A stretch of DNA of 64,000 nucleotides, taken from positions 288,001 to 352,000 of the forward strand of contig CAZFGR010000001.1 in NCBI GenBank assembly GCA_964518475.1. Reading direction: 5' to 3'. Positions 9,837 to 20,086 of this stretch are shown here, in pieces; position 1 is the first letter of the stretch, and each line of letters opens with the position of its first letter. The stretch is from an uncultured Nitrososphaerota archaeon. Lineage in GTDB: Archaea; Asgardarchaeota; Njordarchaeia; Njordarchaeales; Njordarchaeaceae. Made by a program: the position numbers and the translations under genes. Below the pieces are notes generated by a model. That model was not told where the DNA came from, searched no databases, and was given only the letters and a program-made list of their open reading frames with translations.

Positions 9837-10385
9837 TTGACCAAGAATAATGAATTTCAGCGCGAAAAATATCTCCGGGTTGTAAAAATTAGACCTCTTT
9901 TCCCCATTCCATTAAGTCCTCTTCCTCCAACTGCTTCCCTTATGAATCCTGCTCTCCTTTCATCTTTAACAAGACCAGTACTTGAACTAAAATTAGAGGA
10001 TGGTAGTACTTTCAGAATGGGGGGTATTCCTTCTCATATAGCATTGGAGATTTGGGAATTATTAGAGACTAGAAAAGCGGGTATGGAAAATGTTGAGCGC
10101 GTAGATCCACGGCTCACATTATCCCAAGTAGTTGTTGAAATAGCGGAAGTTCAGAGAGTAAGAATATCCGATATTTTGCCTCAATACAACGTTTATGTAG
10201 CAGAAGTCGATATTCTCCCCGAAGGATTCGGCCGTCCAATAACTCTACAGATGGTGCCTTCTCACGCGATTCTCATTGGTTTACGGGCCAAAGCCGATAT
10301 TTATGTTGCTAAAGATTTGGTCGAAGATCAGCAGGAGGAAATGCAAACCGAGAGATCACGCGACGAAAGTTTCTACGATATTTAA
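9837..10385 (+). CDS. Bifunctional nuclease (DUF151)-like protein
   Basis: PRLTLSQVV, VRISDI...YVAEV, PSHAILIGLRAKADIYV. Confidence 0.7.
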   Translation: MTKNNEFQREKYLRVVKIRPLFPIPLSPLPPTASLMNPALLSSLTRPVLELKLEDGSTFRMGGIPSHIALEIWELLETRKAGMENVERVDPRLTLSQVVVEIAEVQRVRISDILPQYNVYVAEVDILPEGFGRPITLQMVPSHAILIGLRAKADIYVAKDLVEDQQEEMQTERSRDESFYDI

Positions 10386-10464
10386 GATCCAAAAACGCTG
10401 AAACTTTAGAGAAAATAAAATCCTCATTTGTTTTTCACTCAAAAAGTATTTTTCCACTAAAAGC

Positions 10465-10788
10465 TCATAGAATTAAACCTATTGATTGGATATTAATCGT
10501 CAATACTCGTATCATTATAAAAAACTGCACAAACGAGGTTGATAAACCAGAAATCTGCATACTTAGTATACTGTAATATAGAGGCTCCGTGACCATAACC
10601 CCTAAAAGAAGTCCCTCCATAGTGGGCATCAGCACTACTATTAAATTAAGTAGTTCAAGAATGCCCAGAAATATTCTAAGCTCTTTCTCTGGAATTGTTC
10701 TGATAAGCAATAAAATATCAACATGCCAGGAAATCTGAATAAGAACCAACATCGACGTACAAAAAACTCTCGCCATTTTTTCTCCCAA
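10465..10788 (-). CDS. Doubtful hydrophobic ORF or remnant of a decayed gene
   Basis: 107-aa ORF without recognisable motif; an alternative frame looks protein-like but has several stops. Confidence 0.25.
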   Translation of the reverse strand: MGEKMARVFCTSMLVLIQISWHVDILLLIRTIPEKELRIFLGILELLNLIVVLMPTMEGLLLGVMVTEPLYYSILSMQISGLSTSFVQFFIMIRVLTINIQSIGLIL

Positions 10789-10987
10789 CCAAAAATAATG
10801 TCGCTGACACTAAATATTAACGGTACAATAGCGTATTTTATTCCGCAAAATATAGGGCAAAACCTCTAGTCAATTTTAATGAAAACGTGACCAGAGAAGA
10901 ATTAATATTGCGTTTAAGCCATATGATTACTTCGTAGTAAAAAAATTCTTCATTCCTAAAAAATAATTTATTTACTGGGGGACAATC

Positions 10988-11851
10988 TTGGCGCTACCTA
11001 GAGGAGTAGAAATACGCCAGTATTTAATTAAACAACTTGACGAGATAATCAAAAGCGGTGCAAAAAATGTTCTTGTTACAAACCCTGATGGATTTGTCTT
11101 TCTCTCTCATGGAGATATCGACCCCGTGGATTTAAGCATTGCAGCATCCTTAGCTTCCGCTTTTCAGAACACTATACGGTATCTAAACAGTGATTTTTAC
11201 TACAAGTTAGGCTTACTTTTAAAGAAAGCAATTAAAATTAACGAGGTAAGTCTTTTCCAATACATACTATCCTATGGAGACAAAACATACGTAAGCATAT
11301 TTATTGAAGGATACTCTATAATATCCGTAGTACCCGACCCAACCAAGATCCAGGAAATTTCGGATCTATTATTAAAGACTATCATACAAGTAATGAATGT
11401 ATTTAGAGAGCTAAGAAAAAGAATCACTATCGAAAGTCCCGAAATTCCGGTAGGGATCACTAGTATTCCAACAACAACTCTTGAAGAAGTCCCGGTCGAA
11501 GAGCAAATCAATGAAAGCTTATTTATTGACCCAAAGATAGGATACCAGCACATACGTCAAGTAACCCTTACAGCACTAAAAGTGCTAGAAGAAAAAGGTG
11601 ATTGGTTATCTGCTCTTAAAGCATTCCAAGTAATTAGTCTATATATTAAAACACTATTGAAAAAGAACCCACAGTATACAGAAAATAATGTTATTATGAC
11701 TATTAATCGGTGGGTTGAGAAAACTGTTCAGAGAATCCAAACCCTTTTAAGAACTTATGGAAACTCTTCGATCGACGATAAGCGTAAACAAATTCTAAAG
11801 CAAGGCTTAAACCAGCTTCTTAATTATCTCCGTAGAGAGATTTACAAATAA
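10988..11851 (+). CDS. Roadblock/LC7-domain protein with C-terminal helical (MIT-like) bundle
   Basis: N-term GAKNVLVTNPDGFVFLSH...IAASLASAF; Pro/Thr/Glu linker; helical C-terminus. Confidence 0.7.
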   Translation: MALPRGVEIRQYLIKQLDEIIKSGAKNVLVTNPDGFVFLSHGDIDPVDLSIAASLASAFQNTIRYLNSDFYYKLGLLLKKAIKINEVSLFQYILSYGDKTYVSIFIEGYSIISVVPDPTKIQEISDLLLKTIIQVMNVFRELRKRITIESPEIPVGITSIPTTTLEEVPVEEQINESLFIDPKIGYQHIRQVTLTALKVLEEKGDWLSALKAFQVISLYIKTLLKKNPQYTENNVIMTINRWVEKTVQRIQTLLRTYGNSSIDDKRKQILKQGLNQLLNYLRREIYK

Positions 11852-11902
11852 TGCAAAATACAAGCAAAAATGTAGTGTTAAGAGAAAATTAGGTGAAGAA
11901 AA

Positions 11903-12505
11903 TTGCCAGAAGAAGGAACTGAAGATAACCTAGTACATACAAGGCTATTAGTTCCAAAAGAGAGAATTGGGATAATAATTGGAAAGAAAGGAGAAACTAA
12001 AAAAAGAATTGAGAAAGAGCTAGGTGTTAAGTTAAAAATTGATAGCAAAACTGGCGAAGTAATGATTTATGCCCCACAAGAAAAAGCAGATGTACTTCTA
12101 AAGGCTAGTGCGATAATAAAGGCTATAGCTAGAGGATTCTCTCCTGAAAATGCCTTATTACTAAAAAATGACGATTATACTTTGTCATTAATCGATTTAA
12201 CACAATATGCACCCACAAAGAAAGCTCTAATCCGTATTAGAGGAAGAATAATTGGAGAGAAGGGTAAAGCAAGATTATTAATCGAAGAGTTAACAGGTAC
12301 TAAGATATCAGTGTATGGAAAGACAGTAGGTATAATTGGTCCTTGGGACAAAGTTAGTCTAGCAGAAGAAGCTATAAGAAAACTTGCTGAGGGCGCTCGC
12401 CACTCCACAGTTTTCGATTGGCTTTATGAACAAAAACGTATCGAGAAAATGATGGCGCTAGATGAAAAACTTAGAAAACCTTATGAAGAAGAAAAATATG
12501 TGTAA
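11903..12505 (+). CDS. KH-domain pre-rRNA processing protein, Dim2/Pno1 family
   Basis: RIGIIIGKKGETKK, AIARGFSPE, RIRGRIIGEKGK, GARHSTV. Confidence 0.93.
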   Translation: MPEEGTEDNLVHTRLLVPKERIGIIIGKKGETKKRIEKELGVKLKIDSKTGEVMIYAPQEKADVLLKASAIIKAIARGFSPENALLLKNDDYTLSLIDLTQYAPTKKALIRIRGRIIGEKGKARLLIEELTGTKISVYGKTVGIIGPWDKVSLAEEAIRKLAEGARHSTVFDWLYEQKRIEKMMALDEKLRKPYEEEKYV

Positions 12506-12545
12506 AACTTTCTTTAGGTAATATTCTCAGTCTAACCTTAATTCT

Positions 12546-12989
12546 CTATCTTATAATTATGACGGAACAAGTAGCTAAAACCGCTACAGCAGCAGCTACG
12601 CTTCCTATCGGAGTTTCCTCATCTCCTGCCAATCCTTTTGCTCCTATTATTATTGCGTCGAAAAGCCCTTCTTCTGCTTCTTTTAAGATTTCTCTTGCAA
12701 TAGAAGACTGTGGAAAACGCACTTTACGTACTTTGTAATCTACCCTTATTCCTTGATTCTCTGTTTTATCCTTTACTTTCTCGAAGATTTTCTGTAATTC
12801 CTCTTCAGAAAAACCTTCGGGGACAACACTAAGGACGGTTATACTAGAACCGTACCTTTTTGCAAAATCAATTGCCAAATCTAGTGCTTTAAGTGAGGAT
12901 CCACTACCATCTACTGGAACTAATATCTTTCTAAACCATAGAGCTACAAAATAACTTTTCTCTGGCACATATTTTACTCCATTAGACAT
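12546..12989 (-). CDS. Universal stress protein (UspA family)
   Basis: RKILVPVDGS, IIIGAKG, IGSVA. Confidence 0.92.
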   Translation of the reverse strand: MSNGVKYVPEKSYFVALWFRKILVPVDGSGSSLKALDLAIDFAKRYGSSITVLSVVPEGFSEEELQKIFEKVKDKTENQGIRVDYKVRKVRFPQSSIAREILKEAEEGLFDAIIIGAKGLAGDEETPIGSVAAAVAVLATCSVIIIR

Positions 12990-14018
12990 CTAAAACCACC
13001 TTCTTAATATTCCTAGACTCTCATCTGTCTTTGAGATACTGTTTAGAGGATTTAGTTCTATTTCCATCATAGCTCTAACAGCATCAATATTTTCAGGTAC
13101 AACAATAGCTTCTTGATGAACACCATACATCAACCATACTTCATTCCCATCCGTTGTAATTGAGTCTTCCCATACTACTACTTCGTAGATATCATATCTA
13201 GGCCTTAAGATATCTCTCGCCCATTCTATGATATCAGCTGTACTATTAAAACCATAATTTTGTTGGATTAATAGAATCCTAGGTGTATGATTTAAAGAAT
13301 TAACGATATCTTCTCTCTCTACCTTCTTTTCTAACTCTATATTGAGAATGTGCATATGCATTCTTGTTGTAGGTACCACAACTGCTCCCGTAACTATGTC
13401 TACATCAGGAATTACTGTTTTTACATCTAGAGCATGATGACTTGGGAATGCTGCTGGATTTGGTACAATAGCTTCAATAGGACCCTTTTTGTATTCATGC
13501 GGGTCGGCTCCTCTTCTCACAATTATTCCTCGTACTTTCTTTATTGGTGATACTTCTCTTATGGCACAAATAATTCTACATAAGGCTGTAGTATTGCATG
13601 ACACTACACGCACATAATTTTTCCCGATAGCTTGACTATAATTGCAGAGAGCAGAAAACGATACTTCAGCAATATCTGCTTTTTCTCCACCCTGAAAGAT
13701 TGCCTTCTTATTATGTTTCTCGTAGAGGGGTTTATACTTCTCACCAATTCCCGCTGGTGTCGCATCTATTATTATGTCCACTTCGCTGATCATATCTTCT
13801 ACAGTACCTGCTACTCTAATACCAGCCTCTTCAAATTTTTTGGCATAGTCCTCCGAGGGAACATAAAGAGAAATTCTCTGTTTAATTGCTTGAACAGCAA
13901 TATAATCCGGCTTTGTCTTTGATACACCTATCAACTTCATATCACTTTGTTTCGTTACAGCGTACGCTATACGTTTACCTATCGTTCCATAGCCATTCAC
14001 AGCAACTTTAACTACCAT
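12990..14018 (-). CDS. gap: Type II (archaeal) phosphorylating glyceraldehyde-3-phosphate dehydrogenase
   Basis: NGYGTIGKR, FQGGEK, RVVSCNTT, PSHH, HQEAIVVPENIDA. Confidence 0.96.
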   Translation of the reverse strand: MVVKVAVNGYGTIGKRIAYAVTKQSDMKLIGVSKTKPDYIAVQAIKQRISLYVPSEDYAKKFEEAGIRVAGTVEDMISEVDIIIDATPAGIGEKYKPLYEKHNKKAIFQGGEKADIAEVSFSALCNYSQAIGKNYVRVVSCNTTALCRIICAIREVSPIKKVRGIIVRRGADPHEYKKGPIEAIVPNPAAFPSHHALDVKTVIPDVDIVTGAVVVPTTRMHMHILNIELEKKVEREDIVNSLNHTPRILLIQQNYGFNSTADIIEWARDILRPRYDIYEVVVWEDSITTDGNEVWLMYGVHQEAIVVPENIDAVRAMMEIELNPLNSISKTDESLGILRRWF

Positions 14019-14024
14019 CAGTAC

Positions 14025-15269
14025 TCACCTCCTCCATAAAAACTTTTTAGCGGATTCCGCTAAAGCATAAATAGCAGGAAGGCGCTCTCCAGCTAAAAAT
14101 AGAAGAAGTGCGCCCCCAGCCAGACTTATATGACCAACTTTCTTTCTTAAGTTCTCATCTAATTCATTCGCCACCGCTATGAAGTGGCCTCCTCCAAATA
14201 TTGTAAAAGCATCCGTTTTTAATGCCGCTTCCGCAAGTTTAATCGTTCCAATTTTAAATAATTCATGTTCCATCACACCAGCCGGCCCCCTCAAAACAAT
14301 CACTTTCGCATCTTTCATTAGCTCTGAGTATATCTTGATAGTCTCACTGCCAATATCCATTATAACCCCGTTAACCTTTGTAACGGGCATTTCAACCCTT
14401 TTACCATTCCTGTTAACTGCGACATCATAGGGTGTTTCTATCGGTGCTCCCATCATTAATACTCTTCTAGCCCGGGGTATCAGACTGATTAACCCCTTCT
14501 CCGTCAAGACTCTAATATTCTCCTTACCGATATTGATACCCTTTGCCAAGAGGAAAACTTCCGCCAACAGACCTGTGATTAAAATACGATCAGCAGCACG
14601 ATTTCTCACAAGAGTTTCTATGATCTTCAAGGAATCTTCAACCTTTGCTCCCCCAAGTACGAAAACCTTGGGTCTTTCTTCCTTACTTACTATTCTCAAT
14701 AACGCTTTTATCTCCGCCTCAAATACTCTTCCTGCTACTGATGGTAAAACCATCGGGAAACCAACCAATGACGGCTGACTTCTATGAGCTGCTGAGAAAG
14801 CATCAAGTACAAAAGCATCAAATAACGGTGCTAATTTTCTAACTAGGAACGTCTTTGCTTGTTTCTCTGGAGCAGCCTCTATTATCTCCTCAGAAATTAT
14901 TCGCGTATTCTCCAAAACGAGAACTTCACCATTTTTAAGATTCCTTATTTCGTTCCTAGCCGAAGGCCCAATTATATCATCAATAAATTTAACATCCATT
15001 TCAATAATTTCAGAAAGCCTTTTAGCATGAAGCTCTAAGCTAACGAATTCTTTTTCGCCTGGTCGTCCTTGATGAGAAATTACTACAACTGCAGAATTTT
15101 TATTAACCAACTCCTCTATTGTTTTAGCATGTGCTTTAATTCTTGTATCATCAATTATTTCTCCTTTTTCAGGGTCTACAGGCACATTAAAATCTACTCT
15201 TACGAGTACTTTTTTACTTTCTAGATCGAGATCATCCATGAAGGGGATCTTAGGTAATTCTAGTGCCAT
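14025..15269 (-). CDS. pgk: Phosphoglycerate kinase
   Basis: VLVRVDFNVP, SHQGRPG, AAHRSQPSLVG, GGAKV, GGGH, SLAGGA. Confidence 0.96.
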   Translation of the reverse strand: MALELPKIPFMDDLDLESKKVLVRVDFNVPVDPEKGEIIDDTRIKAHAKTIEELVNKNSAVVVISHQGRPGEKEFVSLELHAKRLSEIIEMDVKFIDDIIGPSARNEIRNLKNGEVLVLENTRIISEEIIEAAPEKQAKTFLVRKLAPLFDAFVLDAFSAAHRSQPSLVGFPMVLPSVAGRVFEAEIKALLRIVSKEERPKVFVLGGAKVEDSLKIIETLVRNRAADRILITGLLAEVFLLAKGINIGKENIRVLTEKGLISLIPRARRVLMMGAPIETPYDVAVNRNGKRVEMPVTKVNGVIMDIGSETIKIYSELMKDAKVIVLRGPAGVMEHELFKIGTIKLAEAALKTDAFTIFGGGHFIAVANELDENLRKKVGHISLAGGALLLFLAGERLPAIYALAESAKKFLWRR

Positions 15270-15498
15270 AAAATCTCCCCTAGAAGGGCTTGTAATATTA
15301 TTCCCTCCTAGAAAATCTGCTAAAAAACAGGATGAAGGGAGTAAGACAGTAGATCTAAAATCGATAAGAAAACATGAAATAAAAATTTACTATAAAGGTA
15401 AACTCTTAATGATTCTTCATGATCACGTTTTTCGTTTTCAATATCCTGACACAATATCGCTAGTATGTACGTGGAGATCTTTTACTCAAGGCGTCGCT

Positions 15499-15933
15499 TT
15501 ATAACTCCACACTTAAGACATATATATCTATCTCCGATAATGTAAGGGGTAAGCCAAATTTCTCTCTAAAATCATTGCTCATAAGTACTTTTGGTTTTTC
15601 GTTGTTCAGAACTCTTTTTAGGAAAGTATGCCATAACTGTTTATCAAGAAGTTCTCTTTCTACGAAGTGCCCTCTCTCAATTTCCACAGCCACCGTATTT
15701 TTCAGAAATGTCAAGCCAGTAATTTCTAATCGTGCCCCATATATGGCAAAAGTGCTAAAGTTTTCATCAATTTCATATAATCTCAATTCCCTATACGATG
15801 CTCTTGGACCAAAGAAATTTAACCATAAAATTACTCTAGTCTCTCGCAGAATTCTCTCATCATTCTTTAGAAAACCATTAACTAGCGTTTCTATTAGTTG
15901 TGCAGATTTTTTCCTTTTATTCTCTTCACTCAT
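15499..15933 (-). CDS. Hypothetical protein (start moved to ATG 15933)
   Basis: MSEENK start overlaps the stop of the upstream ATPase, consistent with translational coupling. Confidence 0.6.
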   Translation of the reverse strand: MSEENKRKKSAQLIETLVNGFLKNDERILRETRVILWLNFFGPRASYRELRLYEIDENFSTFAIYGARLEITGLTFLKNTVAVEIERGHFVERELLDKQLWHTFLKRVLNNEKPKVLMSNDFREKFGLPLTLSEIDIYVLSVEL

Positions 15934-17314
15934 AACAATTCGCCTTAAATCCCTTCTTTTCCAATAGATAACCAAATACGTATAAAAATGCTGAGACCGG
16001 AACTTGGGGGATACTCTCCTCCACAAAATTCGTGCGTGACAAAATCATAGGGGATACGTGCTCCGTATCATATAATGTACGTAATTTAGATATGTCCTTG
16101 TATCTAACTCTAGTCCGATATTTCACCTCTACACCTACACTTCTACCTTGTAGTAGCTCTATTAGAAAATCGATTTCTCCCGAGGATACTCTCATAAATT
16201 TTAGACTTCTGGAGAACATTCTATACAGATGTTCGAAAACAACATTTTCAACAAGATAACCTACTCTATCGCCCTTTACCCATTTTAAAATCGTTCTCTT
16301 CAGATTTCGACTTCTGCTTTGCAGAAATACAGCTAAGCTGAAAAATATCGGGTCTCTAAAATATATCTTATACTCATCATCATAGCCCAGTAATCCAACT
16401 ATGTATACGTCTGCGAGATCGTTGATGCATTGAATAAAGTTCTCTCGGATAATTTTTGCTTTCGATGCTCTAGACTCTAAGGTATATGGAATAGTTATGA
16501 GTTGAAGAATAGACACAAAAACCTCTTTTAAGTACTCCTTACAATTGTTTCTTACAGTCTTGTAAATCGAACGGTAAAGTCGTACAAGAGAATCCTCGCT
16601 AAAGAATCCATATTTTAGAACTTCCTCTACAAATGGAAATAGACCCCCACTAAGCAGGTATATTTCAAAAATGGATTGAAAATCCGTTAAATCCTCTGTA
16701 AATTCATCTAAAGATCCAGAATGCCCTCCTAATAATTTATGTAATTGTTCTCTTTCCTCGCCTCTTACCAATTTTTTCTTTCCATGTAGCATTTCGAAAA
16801 ATTCCATAAAGTTCAGCGGTAGTAACTCCACTCTCAAAAATCCTTGAAATAGATCTATAGACCTGCTATGGCAAGAAGCGATAACAAGCATTTCTGGTTG
16901 AGTATTTTCAATTAACTTTTCTAACCGTACTAGTTTCTGCTGATTAATAGTATTTAGATCATCAATTAAGAGGCAAATCTTTTTCCTAATTCTTAGAAAT
17001 TTGATTACTGCTAATAGATCTCTAATTCCAATAGTTTCTATATCATGCCCATGCAAATATATCGGTACTAAATCATTCTCAGTAATCAATTTCTTTGTTA
17101 AAAGCTTTAATAGAGTAGTTTTTCCAACTAGAGGAGGTCCTGTCACAATAGTATATTTGCTCAAAAAAATTGTTTTAAGTAGGCTTTCGTATCTTCTTTT
17201 AAATTTGCTATTTAAATATGTTCTAATATAAGTATCTCTTAAAATTCTCTTTGGATTCTTTATCCATGGGTTCCGCTTTAATAGTAATCTTCTAACTTCG
17301 GCCATGTTCTTCAT
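15926..17314 (-). CDS. AAA+ ATP-binding protein (AAA_14/DUF4143 type) with C-terminal PD-(D/E)xK-like domain
   Basis: NPW, GPPLVGKTT, LLIDD, PLNFMEF, YLLSGG, KIYFRDP, EIDF...VEVKY. Confidence 0.85.
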   Translation of the reverse strand: MKNMAEVRRLLLKRNPWIKNPKRILRDTYIRTYLNSKFKRRYESLLKTIFLSKYTIVTGPPLVGKTTLLKLLTKKLITENDLVPIYLHGHDIETIGIRDLLAVIKFLRIRKKICLLIDDLNTINQQKLVRLEKLIENTQPEMLVIASCHSRSIDLFQGFLRVELLPLNFMEFFEMLHGKKKLVRGEEREQLHKLLGGHSGSLDEFTEDLTDFQSIFEIYLLSGGLFPFVEEVLKYGFFSEDSLVRLYRSIYKTVRNNCKEYLKEVFVSILQLITIPYTLESRASKAKIIRENFIQCINDLADVYIVGLLGYDDEYKIYFRDPIFFSLAVFLQSRSRNLKRTILKWVKGDRVGYLVENVVFEHLYRMFSRSLKFMRVSSGEIDFLIELLQGRSVGVEVKYRTRVRYKDISKLRTLYDTEHVSPMILSRTNFVEESIPQVPVSAFLYVFGYLLEKKGFKANCYE

Positions 17315-17320
17315 TATTTA

Positions 17321-18685
17321 TCACTGAGAGTCTATTCCCATTCTCTTCAAGATCTCTTTTACTCTATCCGTAATTGGTATTGTTGCACGTTCGAATAATT
17401 CTTTAGGCTCTTTTTTAGTCGCGTCAATGATTATCTTTGCTCTAGGCGTACCACTCTGATCAAGAGTTGATCCTTTGGCTCTAGGTATTATAATAATGTC
17501 TCTTTTTGGGTGTGCTCTTGTAATTACTGCCCAATAAACCTCATTGCAATCGCGTATATTGATATCATCGTCCACTATTATAACTTTTTTTAAGCTAGGA
17601 TGTGCAGTTATTGCTGCTAATCCTACGTTTATGGGTTCATCTTCATGCCTTTTCCTAATAGATATAACGCATTCTAACCAACCACATCCCCAATTTACTA
17701 AGGCTACATCCTTAACAACACCAACCATCTTCGTTATCCGTAGAATGTGAATTTCCCTAGGCAAACCCATCAATGTTCTATGCTCAAAACCCGCAGGTAA
17801 AATTGCATGCAAAATCGGTTTCTCTTTTACAAGAATCTTCTTAATTCTAAAAACTGGCTGTTGTCTTACAGCATCGTAAGTCCCACTAATATCAACAAAG
17901 GGCCCCTCCGAAGCCCGCTTATTAGCTAGAAATTCGCCCTCTAATACTATCTCTGCTAACGGGTATTCTGTATCTACACTAGAACCTGCTACTAATTCGA
18001 GTGGCGTTCTATAGATTCCTGATGCAATTTCAAGCTCGTCAACATCTATAGGAACAGAAATAGCAGCGGCTAATGCAGTAGCTGGATCAACCCCAATTAT
18101 GACAGCGGCTTCTAAATTCTCATTTTTCTCCTCAGCTTTTCTGAGATATGTCCATAGATCTCTCTCAACAACTCTAACCACAACCTCTCTATTACTAATA
18201 GGCGTCATTCTATGATAAGACGCGTTTCTGATCCCTGTTTCCGGATCCTTAGCTATTACAATTCCAGCAGTAATGTAAGGTCCCTTATCTTTGAGATAAA
18301 ACCTAGGGATCGGAACCCTTGATAAATCTATATTACCCTCTGTTTGAAAAACTCTTAGAAAATCTTCTGCATCTCCGATTACTTTCGGTTTAATTGGATG
18401 TTCAATACCGTTTATTACACAGTTGAGTAATTCCTTTTCCGGAATTTTTAGCGCCGTAGATAATCGCATTCTATCTCCATAAATTCCAGTAGCTATTTTG
18501 AATTCCTTGCTTTCCTCAATTTTTTCAAATAGGATAGCATACTTATTTTCAAGCTTCTTTGTTAAAGCGGCAATCTCATATTTTATGGATACGTTCTCAT
18601 CGATTCTTATTAGCAATCCTTTATCTTCTAGCCTTTCTAGTACTTGTCTAAAATTTATCAAAGACTTCACCACATTAATGCTCAT
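17321..18685 (-). CDS. UbiD-family decarboxylase (possibly anhydromevalonate phosphate decarboxylase)
   Basis: DKGPYITAG, NASYHR, EIVLEG, EGPFVDISGTYD, VDDDI, WAVITR. Confidence 0.9.
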   Translation of the reverse strand: MSINVVKSLINFRQVLERLEDKGLLIRIDENVSIKYEIAALTKKLENKYAILFEKIEESKEFKIATGIYGDRMRLSTALKIPEKELLNCVINGIEHPIKPKVIGDAEDFLRVFQTEGNIDLSRVPIPRFYLKDKGPYITAGIVIAKDPETGIRNASYHRMTPISNREVVVRVVERDLWTYLRKAEEKNENLEAAVIIGVDPATALAAAISVPIDVDELEIASGIYRTPLELVAGSSVDTEYPLAEIVLEGEFLANKRASEGPFVDISGTYDAVRQQPVFRIKKILVKEKPILHAILPAGFEHRTLMGLPREIHILRITKMVGVVKDVALVNWGCGWLECVISIRKRHEDEPINVGLAAITAHPSLKKVIIVDDDINIRDCNEVYWAVITRAHPKRDIIIIPRAKGSTLDQSGTPRAKIIIDATKKEPKELFERATIPITDRVKEILKRMGIDSQ

Positions 18686-18761
18686 TTACTTTAGAATTCA
18701 TAGGAATTATTTCCAGTTGCAGTAATCTAAAACTCTAGAGTTTAATTTTCACTCATATATT

Positions 18762-18818
18762 TCAGCGCTACGGCAGGTTCATCATTGCTCTTTGCTCAGA
18801 GGTGGTACACATCATCAT
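18762..18818 (-). ncRNA. Box C/D sRNA A (16S helix 34, both strands)
   Basis: ATGATGA-TGTGTACCACCT-CTGA-GCAAAGAGCA-ATGATGA-ACCTGCCGTAGCG-CTGA; all four boxes canonical. Confidence 0.92.
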
Positions 18819-18922
18819 GTCATTAAATCACGCTAGACAAGAATAGAGAACCTTTTCCTTCCCTTAACCCAAAAGGCATGTTTATTATTTAAGTAATAGC
18901 ATGATGCTTTTAGCGGTTTTTA

Positions 18923-18975
18923 TCAGCCTACGGCAAGCTCTTCATCACGAGATCCGGAGGTGGTGCACTCATCAT
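18923..18975 (-). ncRNA. Box C/D sRNA B (paralog of A)
   Basis: ATGATGA-GTGCACCACCTC-CGGA-TCTCGTG-ATGAAGA-GCTTGCCGTAGG-CTGA; two 12-nt guides. Confidence 0.85.
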
Positions 18976-19006
18976 ATCACATAGCAATCATCATAGCATC
19001 GTCCTA

Positions 19007-19016
19007 TTTTATAAAA
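19007..19016 (-). promoter_or_regulatory. Candidate TATA box for sRNA B (palindromic TTTTATAAAA)
   Basis: About 30 nt upstream of the C box on the minus strand. Confidence 0.4.
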
Positions 19017-19175
19017 GGTTCTCCCTAGAGCACTAATATCCTTATATTAGAGATCTTCTTCCGCCGATATATTGATTAGTGCATGATAGCACAATCATAT
19101 AATGAGCTACACTGTAATGATGTGTTCAGTTGTAAGTGCTTATATGCATAGCAGTGGCTAATAAGTGATTGCTCT

Positions 19176-20078
19176 ATGAAGAAATTCTTCCTACAAATAT
19201 TTTTTAGAGAACAAGGATCTCGTGGCACGCTGCTCTACAAAGTGTTTTCTTATGATAGAGATTTACTAGCAGAGGGTCTTTATCCAGTAGGGTTAGATAA
19301 TATTAGTTATAATTACACTCCTAATTATCTAGAGTGGATTCACATCGTTAAGACCCCTTTTATTAATCCCGCAGGTGGGTGCGGAGCTACTAGCTATAAT
19401 AAATGTAAAAGATGCCCACTAGGATCACAAGAGGATCTAACAGTATGTGGTAGAGCACTTGTATATCTGCGTCCCTTTCCACATAAACGCGGAAAATTCC
19501 TGATTAAAGTAGGTGTGGGAGCAGACCTATTAAGACCTAGTTCCCAATCTTCTCCTTTCGCTATAATCTCCACCGATATAACCAGAAGAAAAGCCCTTTT
19601 TCTGGAAGAGTCTTTATCCAATATTTTTAATTTCGTAGTAAGGAATCCACGTGGAAGATTATTATGGTCTGATATTATTGCGAGAGGATTATGGAATGGA
19701 TTTGAGGAAGCTTCTTATCTCCTAGAGATATTACCGCAGATGTATGATAAAGTAAGAAATAACTACCCAGCAATTTACGCTTTATTAACCGATCCAGTAA
19801 TATTTATGCCCACTAAACATTTCTCCAGTCCTTTACCGACATGGATAGAGAAATTACCCATTAGAGATATAAGGAAATACGTTATTCGAGAACCAAATGC
19901 GATATACGGGGAAGTCGTAGCAAATCGGGGAGGATTACTAGTTATTGAGCATGAGGATGGTTTTTGGATATTCGAACCTAATGAACGGAGAATTTATGCC
20001 TTAGAGAAAATAGTTGGTCTTCAGGGAGAATCTACGATTTCCCACTTTGTTAAAAGAAAGATGATACTAAAGGAATAG
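19176..20078 (+). CDS. DUF2797-like protein with Cys cluster
   Basis: C....C..C, LVYL...IKVGVG, TRRKALFLEESL, GEVVANRGGLLVI. Confidence 0.6.
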   Translation: MKKFFLQIFFREQGSRGTLLYKVFSYDRDLLAEGLYPVGLDNISYNYTPNYLEWIHIVKTPFINPAGGCGATSYNKCKRCPLGSQEDLTVCGRALVYLRPFPHKRGKFLIKVGVGADLLRPSSQSSPFAIISTDITRRKALFLEESLSNIFNFVVRNPRGRLLWSDIIARGLWNGFEEASYLLEILPQMYDKVRNNYPAIYALLTDPVIFMPTKHFSSPLPTWIEKLPIRDIRKYVIREPNAIYGEVVANRGGLLVIEHEDGFWIFEPNERRIYALEKIVGLQGESTISHFVKRKMILKE

Positions 20079-20086
20079 GTGAGAGT

